From an uncultured Phycisphaerales bacterium (lineage in GTDB: Bacteria; Planctomycetota; Phycisphaerae; Sedimentisphaerales; Anaerobacaceae), in contig OY970359.1 in NCBI GenBank assembly GCA_963718665.1, forward strand, positions 640,001-704,000: DNA of 64,000 nucleotides, read 5' to 3'. Under the pieces are notes generated by a model. The model searched no databases. It had not been told where the DNA came from and was given only the letters and a program-made list of their open reading frames with translations. Each line of letters starts with the position of its first letter. Positions within the stretch are counted from its first letter, which is position 1. This document shows positions 10,704 to 20,150 of the stretch, in pieces. The translations under genes and the position numbers were made by a program.

Positions 10704-10798
10704 CACTTCCCTACGCAGGCCTCGCCTCTTTCGGCTGTCCTGTTCAGGTTCAAAGGGTTTACTCTCAGGTTCGCGTCTCACGCAAACCACCCCTAGTG
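10704..10798 (-). promoter_or_regulatory. TPP riboswitch (variant with extended P5/L5)
   Basis: Minus strand CACTAGGGGTG...CTGAGA...ACCCTTTGAACCTGAACAGG...CCTGCGTAGGGAAGTG upstream of thiC. Confidence 0.92.
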
Positions 10799-10828
10799 AA
10801 CAACTGCTTTATATCTCAACGTTCTCGG

Positions 10829-11206
10829 CTAATACCAAATCGTAATGATAATATTCGGCTCCGTCTTCTTGCCGACAATATCGCCCGTAACCGTATTCGT
10901 CCGCTTTATGGTAACGCCCGGGTTATCCATCAGCCATTTGCATATCTGCTCATCCAGAAAATCAATCGCCCCCGAATGCAGCTTCGTGTAGAAATTCTTG
11001 ACGCCCGTAATCCGGTCGGGCCAGCTCACCTTCTTGCCTGTGTCCTTTATAACAGGCATAGGCATATCTTCCGATGCTTCGCTTGCGCTGCTCGATGTGC
11101 CCCCTCCGAGGTCCAATGGCGAATGTGACACCGACAACCCGTCATCAAACGGTATCGGCTTATCTGCGTTCTGTCCGCCCGGCTTGCCTGCTTGAAACTC
11201 ATCCAT
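10829..11206 (-). CDS. Hypothetical protein
   Basis: 125 aa ORF with GGAGG RBS; disordered N-terminus, compact C-terminal domain. Confidence 0.7.
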   Translation of the reverse strand: MDEFQAGKPGGQNADKPIPFDDGLSVSHSPLDLGGGTSSSASEASEDMPMPVIKDTGKKVSWPDRITGVKNFYTKLHSGAIDFLDEQICKWLMDNPGVTIKRTNTVTGDIVGKKTEPNIIITIWY

Positions 11207-11316
11207 TATACTGCCCTCCAGAAAATTATAGATTCCTCATATTTCAAAAACATTTTAAGCTATTATTTAGTATAACAACCTTGTGATACCCGTCAAACAC
11301 TTTATTATATCAGCAA

Positions 11317-12651
11317 ATGAATACTAAAAAAATTACCGTTGGCTTTATATCCCTCGGCTGTCCCAAAAATATGGTCGATAGCGAACGTATGCTCGCACAA
11401 ATCGCCCAGACCGGCTTCTGCATAACACAGGACCCCGACAACGCCGCCGTCGTCGTCATCAATACCTGCGGCTTCATCGAACCCGCCAAAGCAGAAGCCC
11501 TCGACGCCATCAATCACGCCCTCAAACGAAAACAAAAAGGCCATATCCAGAAAATCATCGTCGCCGGCTGCCTCGCCCAGCGAATGGGCAAAAACCTCCT
11601 CAATGAAACCGTAGGAATCGACGCCATCCTTGGCCTTGAATCACGCGACAACATCGTCGATATAATTAAATCGACCTTCACATCCGACAAACCCGTTTCC
11701 GCCGTAACCGCCCCCCTCAAAATCCCATACGACGACCGAATCCGACTCCGCATCACCCCCCCACACTGGGCATACCTGAGAATCAGCGAGGGCTGCAACA
11801 AAAAATGCTCCTTCTGCACCATCCCCGCTATCAGGGGCAAAGCACGCAGCAAACCCAGACAACTCATCCTCACAGAAGCTAAAGAGCTCGTCGCCTCAGG
11901 CGCAGTCGAACTCAATATCATCGCTCAGGACATCACCGCCTATGGCCACGACCTCAATATCCAAAACGCCCTGCCAAAACTGCTTACCGACCTCGCCAAA
12001 ATCCCGCGACTCCGCTGGATTCGACTTCTTTATCTCTACCCCACCGGAATTACCGAACACCTCATCGAAACTGTCGGCACCTGCGATAAAATCCTCCCGT
12101 ATTTCGACGTCCCCCTCCAGCACATCAACCCCCAAATCCTCAAAGCAATGCGCCGCCCTCATTCCAAAGACAAAATTCGCCGGTTAATCGAAACCCTCCG
12201 AATCAAAATCCCCGGCTGCGTCCTCCGCACCACCTTCATCGTCGGCTTCCCCGGCGAAACCAACGCTCGCTTCAACGAACTTCTCGCTTTTCTCAAATGG
12301 GCACGATTCGACAACCTCGGCTGCTTCCCCTTCTACCCGGAACAGGGAACCCCCGCCGCCGACCTCCCTCACCAGATTCCTGATAACGTCAAAAAACTTC
12401 GTATCGAAAAACTTATGCTCACCCAGCAAAAAATTGCCTTTGATAAAAATAAATCCCGAATAGGCACCACACTGACCTGCCTCGTTGATAGCATCGACAA
12501 AAATCACACCGCCAAAGCCCGCTTCTTCGGCCAGGCACCCGATATCGACCCCATCTGCATAATCCGCAATTGCCATACCTCCCCCGGCTCCCTCATTAAC
12601 GCCAAAGTAACCTCCTTCAAAAACTACGACCTCCTCTGTAAAAAAATTTAA
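11317..12651 (+). CDS. rimO: Ribosomal protein S12 methylthiotransferase
   Basis: SLGCPKN, NTCGFI, AYLRISEGCNKKCSFC, RTTFIVGFPGET. Confidence 0.95.
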   Translation: MNTKKITVGFISLGCPKNMVDSERMLAQIAQTGFCITQDPDNAAVVVINTCGFIEPAKAEALDAINHALKRKQKGHIQKIIVAGCLAQRMGKNLLNETVGIDAILGLESRDNIVDIIKSTFTSDKPVSAVTAPLKIPYDDRIRLRITPPHWAYLRISEGCNKKCSFCTIPAIRGKARSKPRQLILTEAKELVASGAVELNIIAQDITAYGHDLNIQNALPKLLTDLAKIPRLRWIRLLYLYPTGITEHLIETVGTCDKILPYFDVPLQHINPQILKAMRRPHSKDKIRRLIETLRIKIPGCVLRTTFIVGFPGETNARFNELLAFLKWARFDNLGCFPFYPEQGTPAADLPHQIPDNVKKLRIEKLMLTQQKIAFDKNKSRIGTTLTCLVDSIDKNHTAKARFFGQAPDIDPICIIRNCHTSPGSLINAKVTSFKNYDLLCKKI

Positions 12652-12687
12652 TCTTGAATTACCCAAATCAATATGTAAACTCTGCCT

Positions 12688-13287
12688 ATGCTAAAACTGG
12701 TTCCTAACATATTGACCTTTGGCCGGCTCGTCCTGACCATACTCTTTCTTGGTATGCTTCTCTATATACCCCAGGCCAAAGACAAAACCTTCGTTTTCGA
12801 CAACGCCCTCACAGTCTTCATTATCGCCGCCCTCACCGACATCATCGACGGCCCCATCGCCCGAAAACTCAATGTCGCCAGCAAATTAGGCCGTATGCTT
12901 GACCCGCTCGCCGACAAAATCCTCGTCTGCGGTGCATTCATCTGCTTCGCCGTCATCCGCGAACCCTCCCTCTTCGCCATTCCCGAAACTTATATGAACG
13001 TTATCCGCTGGGGCATTGCCGCAATCCTGATTGGCAGAGAGGGCTATGTAACCATTCTTCGCCACGCCGCCGAGGCCAAAGGTATCGACTTCCGCGCCGT
13101 CGCCTCAGGCAAAATAAAAATGTTCCTCCAGTCCCTGGCCGTTGGAATCGTCCTTATCAAATCCGCCCACGCCCCAGCCGCGGCCTGGGCTAACTGGTTT
13201 GTCGCCATTACATTCCTGGCTATGCTCACGGCCACAATCATCTCCGGCTTTTCCGCCACCCGCCGAACCGCCCCAAAAAACGCCTGA
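12688..13287 (+). CDS. pgsA: CDP-alcohol phosphatidyltransferase (PgsA-like)
   Basis: PNILT, TDIIDGPIAR...GRMLDPLADK motif; follows rimO. Confidence 0.88.
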   Translation: MLKLVPNILTFGRLVLTILFLGMLLYIPQAKDKTFVFDNALTVFIIAALTDIIDGPIARKLNVASKLGRMLDPLADKILVCGAFICFAVIREPSLFAIPETYMNVIRWGIAAILIGREGYVTILRHAAEAKGIDFRAVASGKIKMFLQSLAVGIVLIKSAHAPAAAWANWFVAITFLAMLTATIISGFSATRRTAPKNA

Positions 13288-13447
13288 AGCAATCTTAAAC
13301 TGTTAACTTTAACATTCTATATTGAAAATTGAATATTGGATATTTCTTCGCCTTCTGCCTTCTAACTTCTCCCTTCTGCCTCCCCCAAATATCCTTTTGA
13401 TGAATCAGGGTGGCCAACAAAAATATTTTATTTTTTCAATATTTTAC

Positions 13448-13476
13448 TTGACATCGCATAGTATGCAATACATAAT
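13448..13476 (+). promoter_or_regulatory. Sigma70-type promoter of the padR operon with a palindrome in the spacer (candidate PadR operator)
   Basis: TTGACA-N17-CATAAT; spacer contains GCATA-G-TATGC. Confidence 0.65.
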
Positions 13477-13530
13477 AAGTATAACAATACATTACTACGA
13501 TATACGATATTTTATGAAAAGGAGATTGGT

Positions 13531-13872
13531 ATGAAATTTGAAAGTCAGTTACTCAAAGGTATCGCCCCCGTAGTTGTGCTTCAGATTCTCTCGCGAGGTG
13601 AAATGTATGGCTACGAATTGACACGGACAATCGAAAACCGCAGCGACGAAATCCTCACGCTGGGCAAAGGCACCCTCTACCCCCTGCTTTACAACCTCGA
13701 AGCTAAACGCCTCGTCAAAGCCCGTGTTGAAACCGCTAAATCAGGCCGCAAAAGACGCTACTACTCAATCACCGGCAAAGGCAAAGAATATCTCTCAAGC
13801 CAGACCGAGCAGTTGCGAAAGCTGCGTTCAGGCCTTGATTTCGTCTTCGGCGGCGCGATTAAAACTGCATAA
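13531..13872 (+). CDS. PadR family transcriptional regulator
   Basis: LLKG, EMYGYEL, GTLYPLLYNLE, RKRRYYSIT. Confidence 0.92.
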   Translation: MKFESQLLKGIAPVVVLQILSRGEMYGYELTRTIENRSDEILTLGKGTLYPLLYNLEAKRLVKARVETAKSGRKRRYYSITGKGKEYLSSQTEQLRKLRSGLDFVFGGAIKTA

Positions 13873-13917
13873 ACGAATAAGCCGTTAACCGAGCATCGAT
13901 AAATTAGGAGCAACGTT

Positions 13918-15555
13918 ATGGCTGAAAATGATAAAACATCCGAAAACCTCCCCAATAGCGCCGTCGAATACATCAACCTCGTCATCAAAAAAATGCGATA
14001 TCGCCGAAAGGCACGCGATGAAGTCCGCGAAGATCTGCTCGACCATTTCGAAGTTTACCTGAAAGATTGCGCCACTAACGAGGAAAAAGAGCAAAAAGCA
14101 CAACAATTAATATCAGGATTCGGCGACCCGAAAATCCTCGCCGTCCTTATGCGCCGCGCAAAAAAACGCTGCCGGCCACTCTGGCAGAAAATTCTCGTAA
14201 GAAGTTTTGCCTCCGCGCTGCTCATCTTCGCGTATCTGCTAATCTGTGCCTCTTGGCTTCGCATGGGCACCCCCACTATCAGGATTAACTACGCCCAATT
14301 GATGACCGACCAGCAAAAACAGGGCAGAGACGAATCCCTCAACGCCAAGATAGAAATGGACAAGGCAGCCCTGCTTTTGAGCAAATCCGATGATTCGCTG
14401 GCAGTATACAATATGCCTCATCTGTGGCCCGGCGATATGAATGACGCCCAAAAACAGCTAATATCCAAAACCCTGCAGGCCAACGCGGAAACCCTGAATA
14501 CGCTTAATAAATCACTGGAGAAACCGTATTACTGGGAAGATTACAATAGGTTCGGTTCGATTGCAATTGAAGCAAACTCAATCATTTATCTCAATCCTGA
14601 CCTTATACAAAGCGATATAAAACTCCTCGCACAATATAGACAAGTTGCCAGGCTTATGGCAACTCGAATCGAATTTGGTGCATACTCCGGCGATATCGAT
14701 GGGGCTGTCAACGATATAATATCGCTTCACAGATTCGCATCCCATCTGGAAGGGCAGGGATTGCTTATCGAACAGTTGGTGGCCATGGCAATAGAAGGCC
14801 TCGCCCACTCCAGAACAACTAATATCCTGGCGCGTGTTGACATCCCGGCCGCACAATTAAAACACCTGCAGGATGAATTAACAGTTACTTTTGCAAAACG
14901 CGAATTTCCCATTGATATCAACGATGAGAAAGCGTTCTGGTATGCGCTTATCCAGCAGTGTTTTACCGATGACGGAAGAGGCAACGGAAAAATGTTGAAA
15001 GCCGGCATGCACCGTTTCGTCCGCGACTGGAAAAATGCCGTCTGGTCTTTTCTTACTTTCAGCTACCCCGACAGGCGGCAAGCCCTTGCACAGGTCGAAA
15101 AAATATTCGCCGAAGGTCAACAAAATTACCAGACTACCCCTTGGCAAAAAAAAGGTAAAACATTTACAAAGCCAACTGATTCAGCATATGGGTTGTCTAT
15201 ATTCAGCTTGCTTACCCTGGCTAATGACAGGACTTCTGCCGTCGTCTGGCGTGCCAAAACACAACGAGAAGCCACTTTAACAATCCTCGCCGCCCTGCGT
15301 TTTCAAAAAGAGAAAGGTAAATTCCCCGATAATCTCGATGAGCTTGTTAAGGCCGGCTATCTGACAAAATTGCCTGTTGACCCCTTCAGCCCCGGCTCGC
15401 TAACCTACAAAAAAACCGCGGATGGTTTCCTCCTTTACAGTTGGGGTGAAAATCTCAAAGATGATGACGGACAGATTGCCCGTGATGAAAAAGGAAAACT
15501 TAAAATGTTCGCCGATACTGGCGACTGGGTATTCTGGCCTGTCGTAAAGAATTGA
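13918..15555 (+). CDS. PadR-associated single-pass membrane protein
   Basis: N-terminal helical domain ending in FGDP, one TM segment, large helical extracytoplasmic domain ending LPVDPFS...FLLYSWGEN..DD. Confidence 0.7.
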   Translation: MAENDKTSENLPNSAVEYINLVIKKMRYRRKARDEVREDLLDHFEVYLKDCATNEEKEQKAQQLISGFGDPKILAVLMRRAKKRCRPLWQKILVRSFASALLIFAYLLICASWLRMGTPTIRINYAQLMTDQQKQGRDESLNAKIEMDKAALLLSKSDDSLAVYNMPHLWPGDMNDAQKQLISKTLQANAETLNTLNKSLEKPYYWEDYNRFGSIAIEANSIIYLNPDLIQSDIKLLAQYRQVARLMATRIEFGAYSGDIDGAVNDIISLHRFASHLEGQGLLIEQLVAMAIEGLAHSRTTNILARVDIPAAQLKHLQDELTVTFAKREFPIDINDEKAFWYALIQQCFTDDGRGNGKMLKAGMHRFVRDWKNAVWSFLTFSYPDRRQALAQVEKIFAEGQQNYQTTPWQKKGKTFTKPTDSAYGLSIFSLLTLANDRTSAVVWRAKTQREATLTILAALRFQKEKGKFPDNLDELVKAGYLTKLPVDPFSPGSLTYKKTADGFLLYSWGENLKDDDGQIARDEKGKLKMFADTGDWVFWPVVKN

Positions 15556-15561
15556 TTCCGA

Positions 15562-15765
15562 CTAAGTGGTTGGTCTGGGGCGGGGCGTAAAGGGCAGCAG
15601 TATCCGCTGTGCCTTGCGAATCCGTCGGCGGTTACGCTCAGAGGGCTTCTCATAATACGCGTTGCGCTTCATATCCCGTATCAACCCCTCTTTTTCGCAC
15701 AACTTCTTGAATCGCCTCATCATTTGCTGGACCGATTCGCCTGTTCTTGATTTAACTTTCAGCAT
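15562..15765 (-). CDS. rpsU: 30S ribosomal protein S21
   Basis: ESVQQMMRRFKK...YYEKPSERNRRR; start at ATG 15765. Confidence 0.92.
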   Translation of the reverse strand: MLKVKSRTGESVQQMMRRFKKLCEKEGLIRDMKRNAYYEKPSERNRRRIRKAQRILLPFTPRPRPTT

Positions 15766-15975
15766 AATACAAAAACACCCCTTACACAAACCTGACTTGA
15801 AAGGTTTAATAAACTCAATTTTAACCAAATTATTCCTCTGATAATATATCCCCCCTGCCCGCCCTTTGCAAGCCAAAAATACCGAAAAAATCACATTCCC
15901 GCCTACCCCTTCTTTTATTGAAGAAACGAAGCAGATATGGTAACTTGGGCAGGTTATTTTGGAGATAACCGGTAA

Positions 15976-17313
15976 ATGGACAAAATGCGTGAGACCATCG
16001 GGGTTCGCAAAGAGCGGGCCATATTAGTCGCAGCCATTCTGCAACACCAGAAAGACAACGACGACCTCAAAGAGCTAACCGCGCTCGCCGAAAGTGCGGG
16101 TGCTATCGTCGTTGACCGCTTTCAGCAGAAAATCCATAAAATTAATCCCCCCCTGTACATCGGCAAAGGCAAGGTCGAACAGCTCGCCCAGCGCGTCAAG
16201 CGATTCGACGCCGACCTCATCATATTCGATAACGACCTCCTCCCGCGCCAAATCAGGGAGCTTGAAGCGATTGTCCCCGCCAAAGTCATCGACCGCAGCG
16301 AATTGATTCTCGACATCTTCGCCACCGGCGCAAAAACCACCCAGGCCAAACTCCAGGTCGAGCTTGCCCAGCTCGAATACACCTACCCGCGTCTCGCCCG
16401 TATGTGGTCGCACTTAGACAGCGTCGCCGGCGCAGGCGGAGCTACCACCGCAGGAGCCGTAGGCGGTATCGGCACTCGCGGCCCCGGCGAACAACAGCTC
16501 GAAACCGACAGGCGACTCGTAAACAAGCGCATAACCGACCTCGAACGCGAACTCGAAGGTATTGACAAACGCCGCGTCCGCGAAATCGACAGCAGAAAAG
16601 GTGCATTCCAGATTTGCCTCGTGGGTTACACGAACGTCGGCAAAAGCACGCTCCTCAATGCCCTCACCGACGCCGACGCCTATGTCGAAGACCGCCTCTT
16701 CGCGACCCTCGACACACGCACAAGAAAATGGCAGCTCGAAGGCGGTTGCGAAGTCCTCCTCAGCGATACCGTTGGCTTCATTCGCAACCTCCCGCATCAG
16801 CTCGTCGAGGCCTTTAAAGCAACCCTCGAAGAAGCAATCACCGCAGACCTTCTCCTGCACGTCGTCGATGTCTCAAACCCCGACGCCGGAAAACAAATAG
16901 AATCAGTGAACAAAGTCCTCGCCGACATCGGCTGCGGCGAAAAACAAATCCTCCTCGTCCTCAACAAAATCGACGTCCTCAGCGGCGTCAATACAATGGA
17001 AACGCTCCAAACCCTTTACCCCGACGCCATCGCCGTCTCCGCAAAAACCGGCTATGGCCTCAAACGCCTCCTTGAAGCAGTCATCGATAAATTCCACGGC
17101 GGCGTCATCACCGTCAAAGTTACCACAAGCCAGGCAAACGGCAAAATCCAGAGCTTCATGCACGCTTACACGACCATCCTCGATGAAAAATACACCGCTA
17201 ACAACGTCATCATCAAAGCCCAGTTAGGCCAAAACCAGCTTGTTAATCTCAAACGCCTCAAACCCGAAAAACTCGAAATCCTCACTGGCGGAAAATTATC
17301 GTCATGCGACTGA
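15976..17313 (+). CDS. hflX: GTPase HflX
   Basis: RGPGEQQLETDRR, GYTNVGKST, LFATLD, DTVGF, NKID. Confidence 0.96.
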   Translation: MDKMRETIGVRKERAILVAAILQHQKDNDDLKELTALAESAGAIVVDRFQQKIHKINPPLYIGKGKVEQLAQRVKRFDADLIIFDNDLLPRQIRELEAIVPAKVIDRSELILDIFATGAKTTQAKLQVELAQLEYTYPRLARMWSHLDSVAGAGGATTAGAVGGIGTRGPGEQQLETDRRLVNKRITDLERELEGIDKRRVREIDSRKGAFQICLVGYTNVGKSTLLNALTDADAYVEDRLFATLDTRTRKWQLEGGCEVLLSDTVGFIRNLPHQLVEAFKATLEEAITADLLLHVVDVSNPDAGKQIESVNKVLADIGCGEKQILLVLNKIDVLSGVNTMETLQTLYPDAIAVSAKTGYGLKRLLEAVIDKFHGGVITVKVTTSQANGKIQSFMHAYTTILDEKYTANNVIIKAQLGQNQLVNLKRLKPEKLEILTGGKLSSCD

Positions 17314-17499
17314 TGACTATCGACTACACGTAGCGGAGCGCAGAGCCCGCTTCGGCAATCATAAATTGCAAATTGATTAATCCGCAATCTACCTTTCCCC
17401 TTCTAACTTCTAAATTTTTGCCATTTACTTTTTGCTTTTTGATTTGAGGTTGAACTGTCCGCTGAACGCTGTACGCTGTCCGCTGTCTTTGGTCTGCGG

Positions 17500-18684
17500 T
17501 TATTTCTCCGGTATTTTCAGTCGAGCATTGCATTGCGGGCATTTACCCGTCTTGCCTGCGTATTTTGCCGGCATCTTGACCCGCTTGCCGCACGCACAGG
17601 CGAACCGTATAAATTCGTCCTGGGGCTTTTGCGGCTCCAACGGTATCGTTTGCGGCTGCTCAGCAGGGTCGATTGATATGGTCTTTGGCTCAAATGGAAC
17701 AGGCGGTATGGGAGCCAGAGGCAGCTCCTCTTGCAGGTTTGCCGTCGCGTTTAGATAATTAGAATATCCCGCTGAGGGCTCCTCAATTGGCGACGGATGC
17801 CTGTATTCCTCAATTACCTGAAAAAGCGATTTTTCATATCGTTCCATTGTCACCATCTTGAATTTCAGCATCAAAACCGCCAGAACAACGCCTCCCGCGA
17901 AACCTCCGAGGTGCGCAAAATACGCCACCCCTCCCCCGCCCCACATCGCTCCCCAGATATCGAACGCCAGCCAGAATAATATCATCCAAGCGCTGCTTAC
18001 GTTGAATTCTCTGGGTTTTACAAAAATGATTAAATAACAGGTTATTTCATTTTGAGGAAAGAGCACCAGAAACATCCCTACGATGCCGTTTATAGCACCG
18101 CTGGCCCCAAGCGAGCTGCCGCCCGTAAATACGAGGTGAGAAATTCCCGCAACAAGGCCAAGGCCTATGTAAGCCAGTGCATAACGAATATTGCCTATTT
18201 TGGCGCAGATGGCATTACCGAATATCCACAAAAAAAGCATGTTGCCCAGAAGGTGAAAAATGCCCCCGTGCAGCCACATGTACCCGAACAATCCTTTTAA
18301 GTCAAATCCGTTCAAAATATACGGCCTTATCTCCCCCCACACATAATACCGCTCTAATATTACCCGCTTAACGAGTATCTCCTTTAATTGCTCCGGCTTA
18401 TACTTCACAAGGCCGGTTATATCTTCAATGTCAACGACATCGAGGGGGGCTTTTTCTACTGTTTTTTCAATATCGTTAAGATCCTTCTCCTTCACTCCGA
18501 ATTCTTTTGCCATCTCCTCGACCGGCACGTTCTCGTACTTTTTCATCATGCCGGGCATTTGTTCCCTGCGTTCATGGATACTTAACGTCTGAAGGACAAA
18601 TACCGCGATTGCGCCTGCGATTATCAGCCAGTTCACTACCGGATACCGGTCCTGCGGAACATCAACTCGTACTGGTATTATCAA
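17500..18684 (-). CDS. Rhomboid intramembrane serine protease with C-terminal zinc ribbon
   Basis: HLLGNM, GASGA, AHLGG; C-terminal CACG...CPQC; TTG start after GGAGG. Confidence 0.88.
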   Translation of the reverse strand: MIIPVRVDVPQDRYPVVNWLIIAGAIAVFVLQTLSIHERREQMPGMMKKYENVPVEEMAKEFGVKEKDLNDIEKTVEKAPLDVVDIEDITGLVKYKPEQLKEILVKRVILERYYVWGEIRPYILNGFDLKGLFGYMWLHGGIFHLLGNMLFLWIFGNAICAKIGNIRYALAYIGLGLVAGISHLVFTGGSSLGASGAINGIVGMFLVLFPQNEITCYLIIFVKPREFNVSSAWMILFWLAFDIWGAMWGGGGVAYFAHLGGFAGGVVLAVLMLKFKMVTMERYEKSLFQVIEEYRHPSPIEEPSAGYSNYLNATANLQEELPLAPIPPVPFEPKTISIDPAEQPQTIPLEPQKPQDEFIRFACACGKRVKMPAKYAGKTGKCPQCNARLKIPEK

Positions 18685-19058
18685 TCCGTCGCCTCCCGAC
18701 AACCGCCTGTCTGAATATGGCTCATTATGTTCTCCTCTGTTGCCTTGTCCCCTCCCCGCCAAAGCTCCCCTCATTATACCCTTTTAAATCCCCTTTTCAA
18801 GCGGTTCCCGCCTGTGGCAGGCTTTACTTTGATATTGGGCATTGGATATTCGATATTGGACATTCAATTCAGTCCTCCATCCACCTTAACTCAAAACTAA
18901 ACACTAAAAACCCCTTCTCCCTTCTAACTTCTGCCTTCCCCTTTCTCGATGGCTGAAAAATACTTGCCTTGCCCTGCCGGCAGGGATTATACTTCCCCAA
19001 AGAAAGCGGCTCAAAATAGCGAGATTGAAATAATGTCTGTTTTTGGAGGTCTATCAAA

Positions 19059-19841
19059 ATGAAAGCATTACCTTACATCCTGTTAATGTTGCTGGCGGTG
19101 GTATGGCCAAATAATGCCCGTGCCGCCGTCAAAACCCAAACCGTCGAATACAAAGACGGCAATACCGTCCTCGAAGGTTACCTTGCCTACGATGACGCCC
19201 TCAAAGGAAAACTGCCCGCCGTTTTAGTCGTGCACGAATGGACAGGTGTCGGTCCCTATGTTAAAAACAGGGCCGAGCAGTTGGCCGCCCTCGGCTATGT
19301 CGCCTTCGCCATCGATATTTACGGCAAAGGCGTCCGCCCCGCCAACACAACCGAAGCCGCAAAACAGGCGGCCATTTACCGCGCCGACAGACAACTTATG
19401 CGCCGGCGCGCCCTCGCAGGCCTTGAGCAGGTCAAAAAATACCCTTTTGTTGACCCCGACAAAATAGCCGCTATCGGTTATTGTTTCGGCGGAGGCGTTG
19501 TGCTTGAAATGGCTCGCAGCGGAGCCGACCTCAAAGGCGTCGTCAGTTTTCACGGCAATCTCGATACGCCGAACCCCGCCGACGCGAACAATATCAAGGC
19601 CAAAGTGCTCGTTTGCCACGGCGCTGACGACCCTTATGTCCAGCAGGAACAGGTTACCGCCTTCTGGAGCCAGATGCGTAATACGAAAGTTGACTGGCAA
19701 TTGATTATCTTCGCCAACGCCGTCCACGGCTTTACAAACCCCGATAATGGCAGCGACCCCTCCAAAGGCGCCGCCTATAACAAAAAAGCCGATATGCGCT
19801 CCTGGCTGGCTATGAAAGATTTCTTCAAAGAAATATTCTGA
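19059..19841 (+). CDS. Dienelactone hydrolase family protein
   Basis: Signal peptide, HEW, GYCFGG nucleophile motif, DP, HGF. Confidence 0.92.
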   Translation: MKALPYILLMLLAVVWPNNARAAVKTQTVEYKDGNTVLEGYLAYDDALKGKLPAVLVVHEWTGVGPYVKNRAEQLAALGYVAFAIDIYGKGVRPANTTEAAKQAAIYRADRQLMRRRALAGLEQVKKYPFVDPDKIAAIGYCFGGGVVLEMARSGADLKGVVSFHGNLDTPNPADANNIKAKVLVCHGADDPYVQQEQVTAFWSQMRNTKVDWQLIIFANAVHGFTNPDNGSDPSKGAAYNKKADMRSWLAMKDFFKEIF

Positions 19842-20024
19842 ACCTGACTAAAATTCGCATTTTCGCTATCGGCTCGTTTAGCCCTCAGGTTTACCCGCCG
19901 TTTGTGTGGCGGGCCTGCCTGGGGGTTTACCCTCTGTAGTTCGCAGAACGAAGGAGGGTCATAAAAATCCGCGTCTTATTAATTTCTTTCGGCCAATTTC
20001 GGCAAAATTGCCCATTTTCCGCCC

Positions 20025-20053
20025 TTGACGCCAAAGGCCGAAAAAGGTATCAT
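20025..20053 (+). promoter_or_regulatory. Sigma70-type promoter of ppdK
   Basis: TTGACG-N17-TATCAT. Confidence 0.6.
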
Positions 20054-20150
20054 TTCAAACTTTGTTTTGAATCGTAAACTTCCCTGTAAAAGGGCATAAT
20101 TCCGCTTATATGCGGGTATGCGGTGAATTTATTAAAAGGAGAAAATGATA

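Noticed and set aside
19842..20150. oriC DnaA-box cluster or dif site at the skew switch
   Set aside because: No TTATCCACA-like cluster or XerC/D site recognisable by eye
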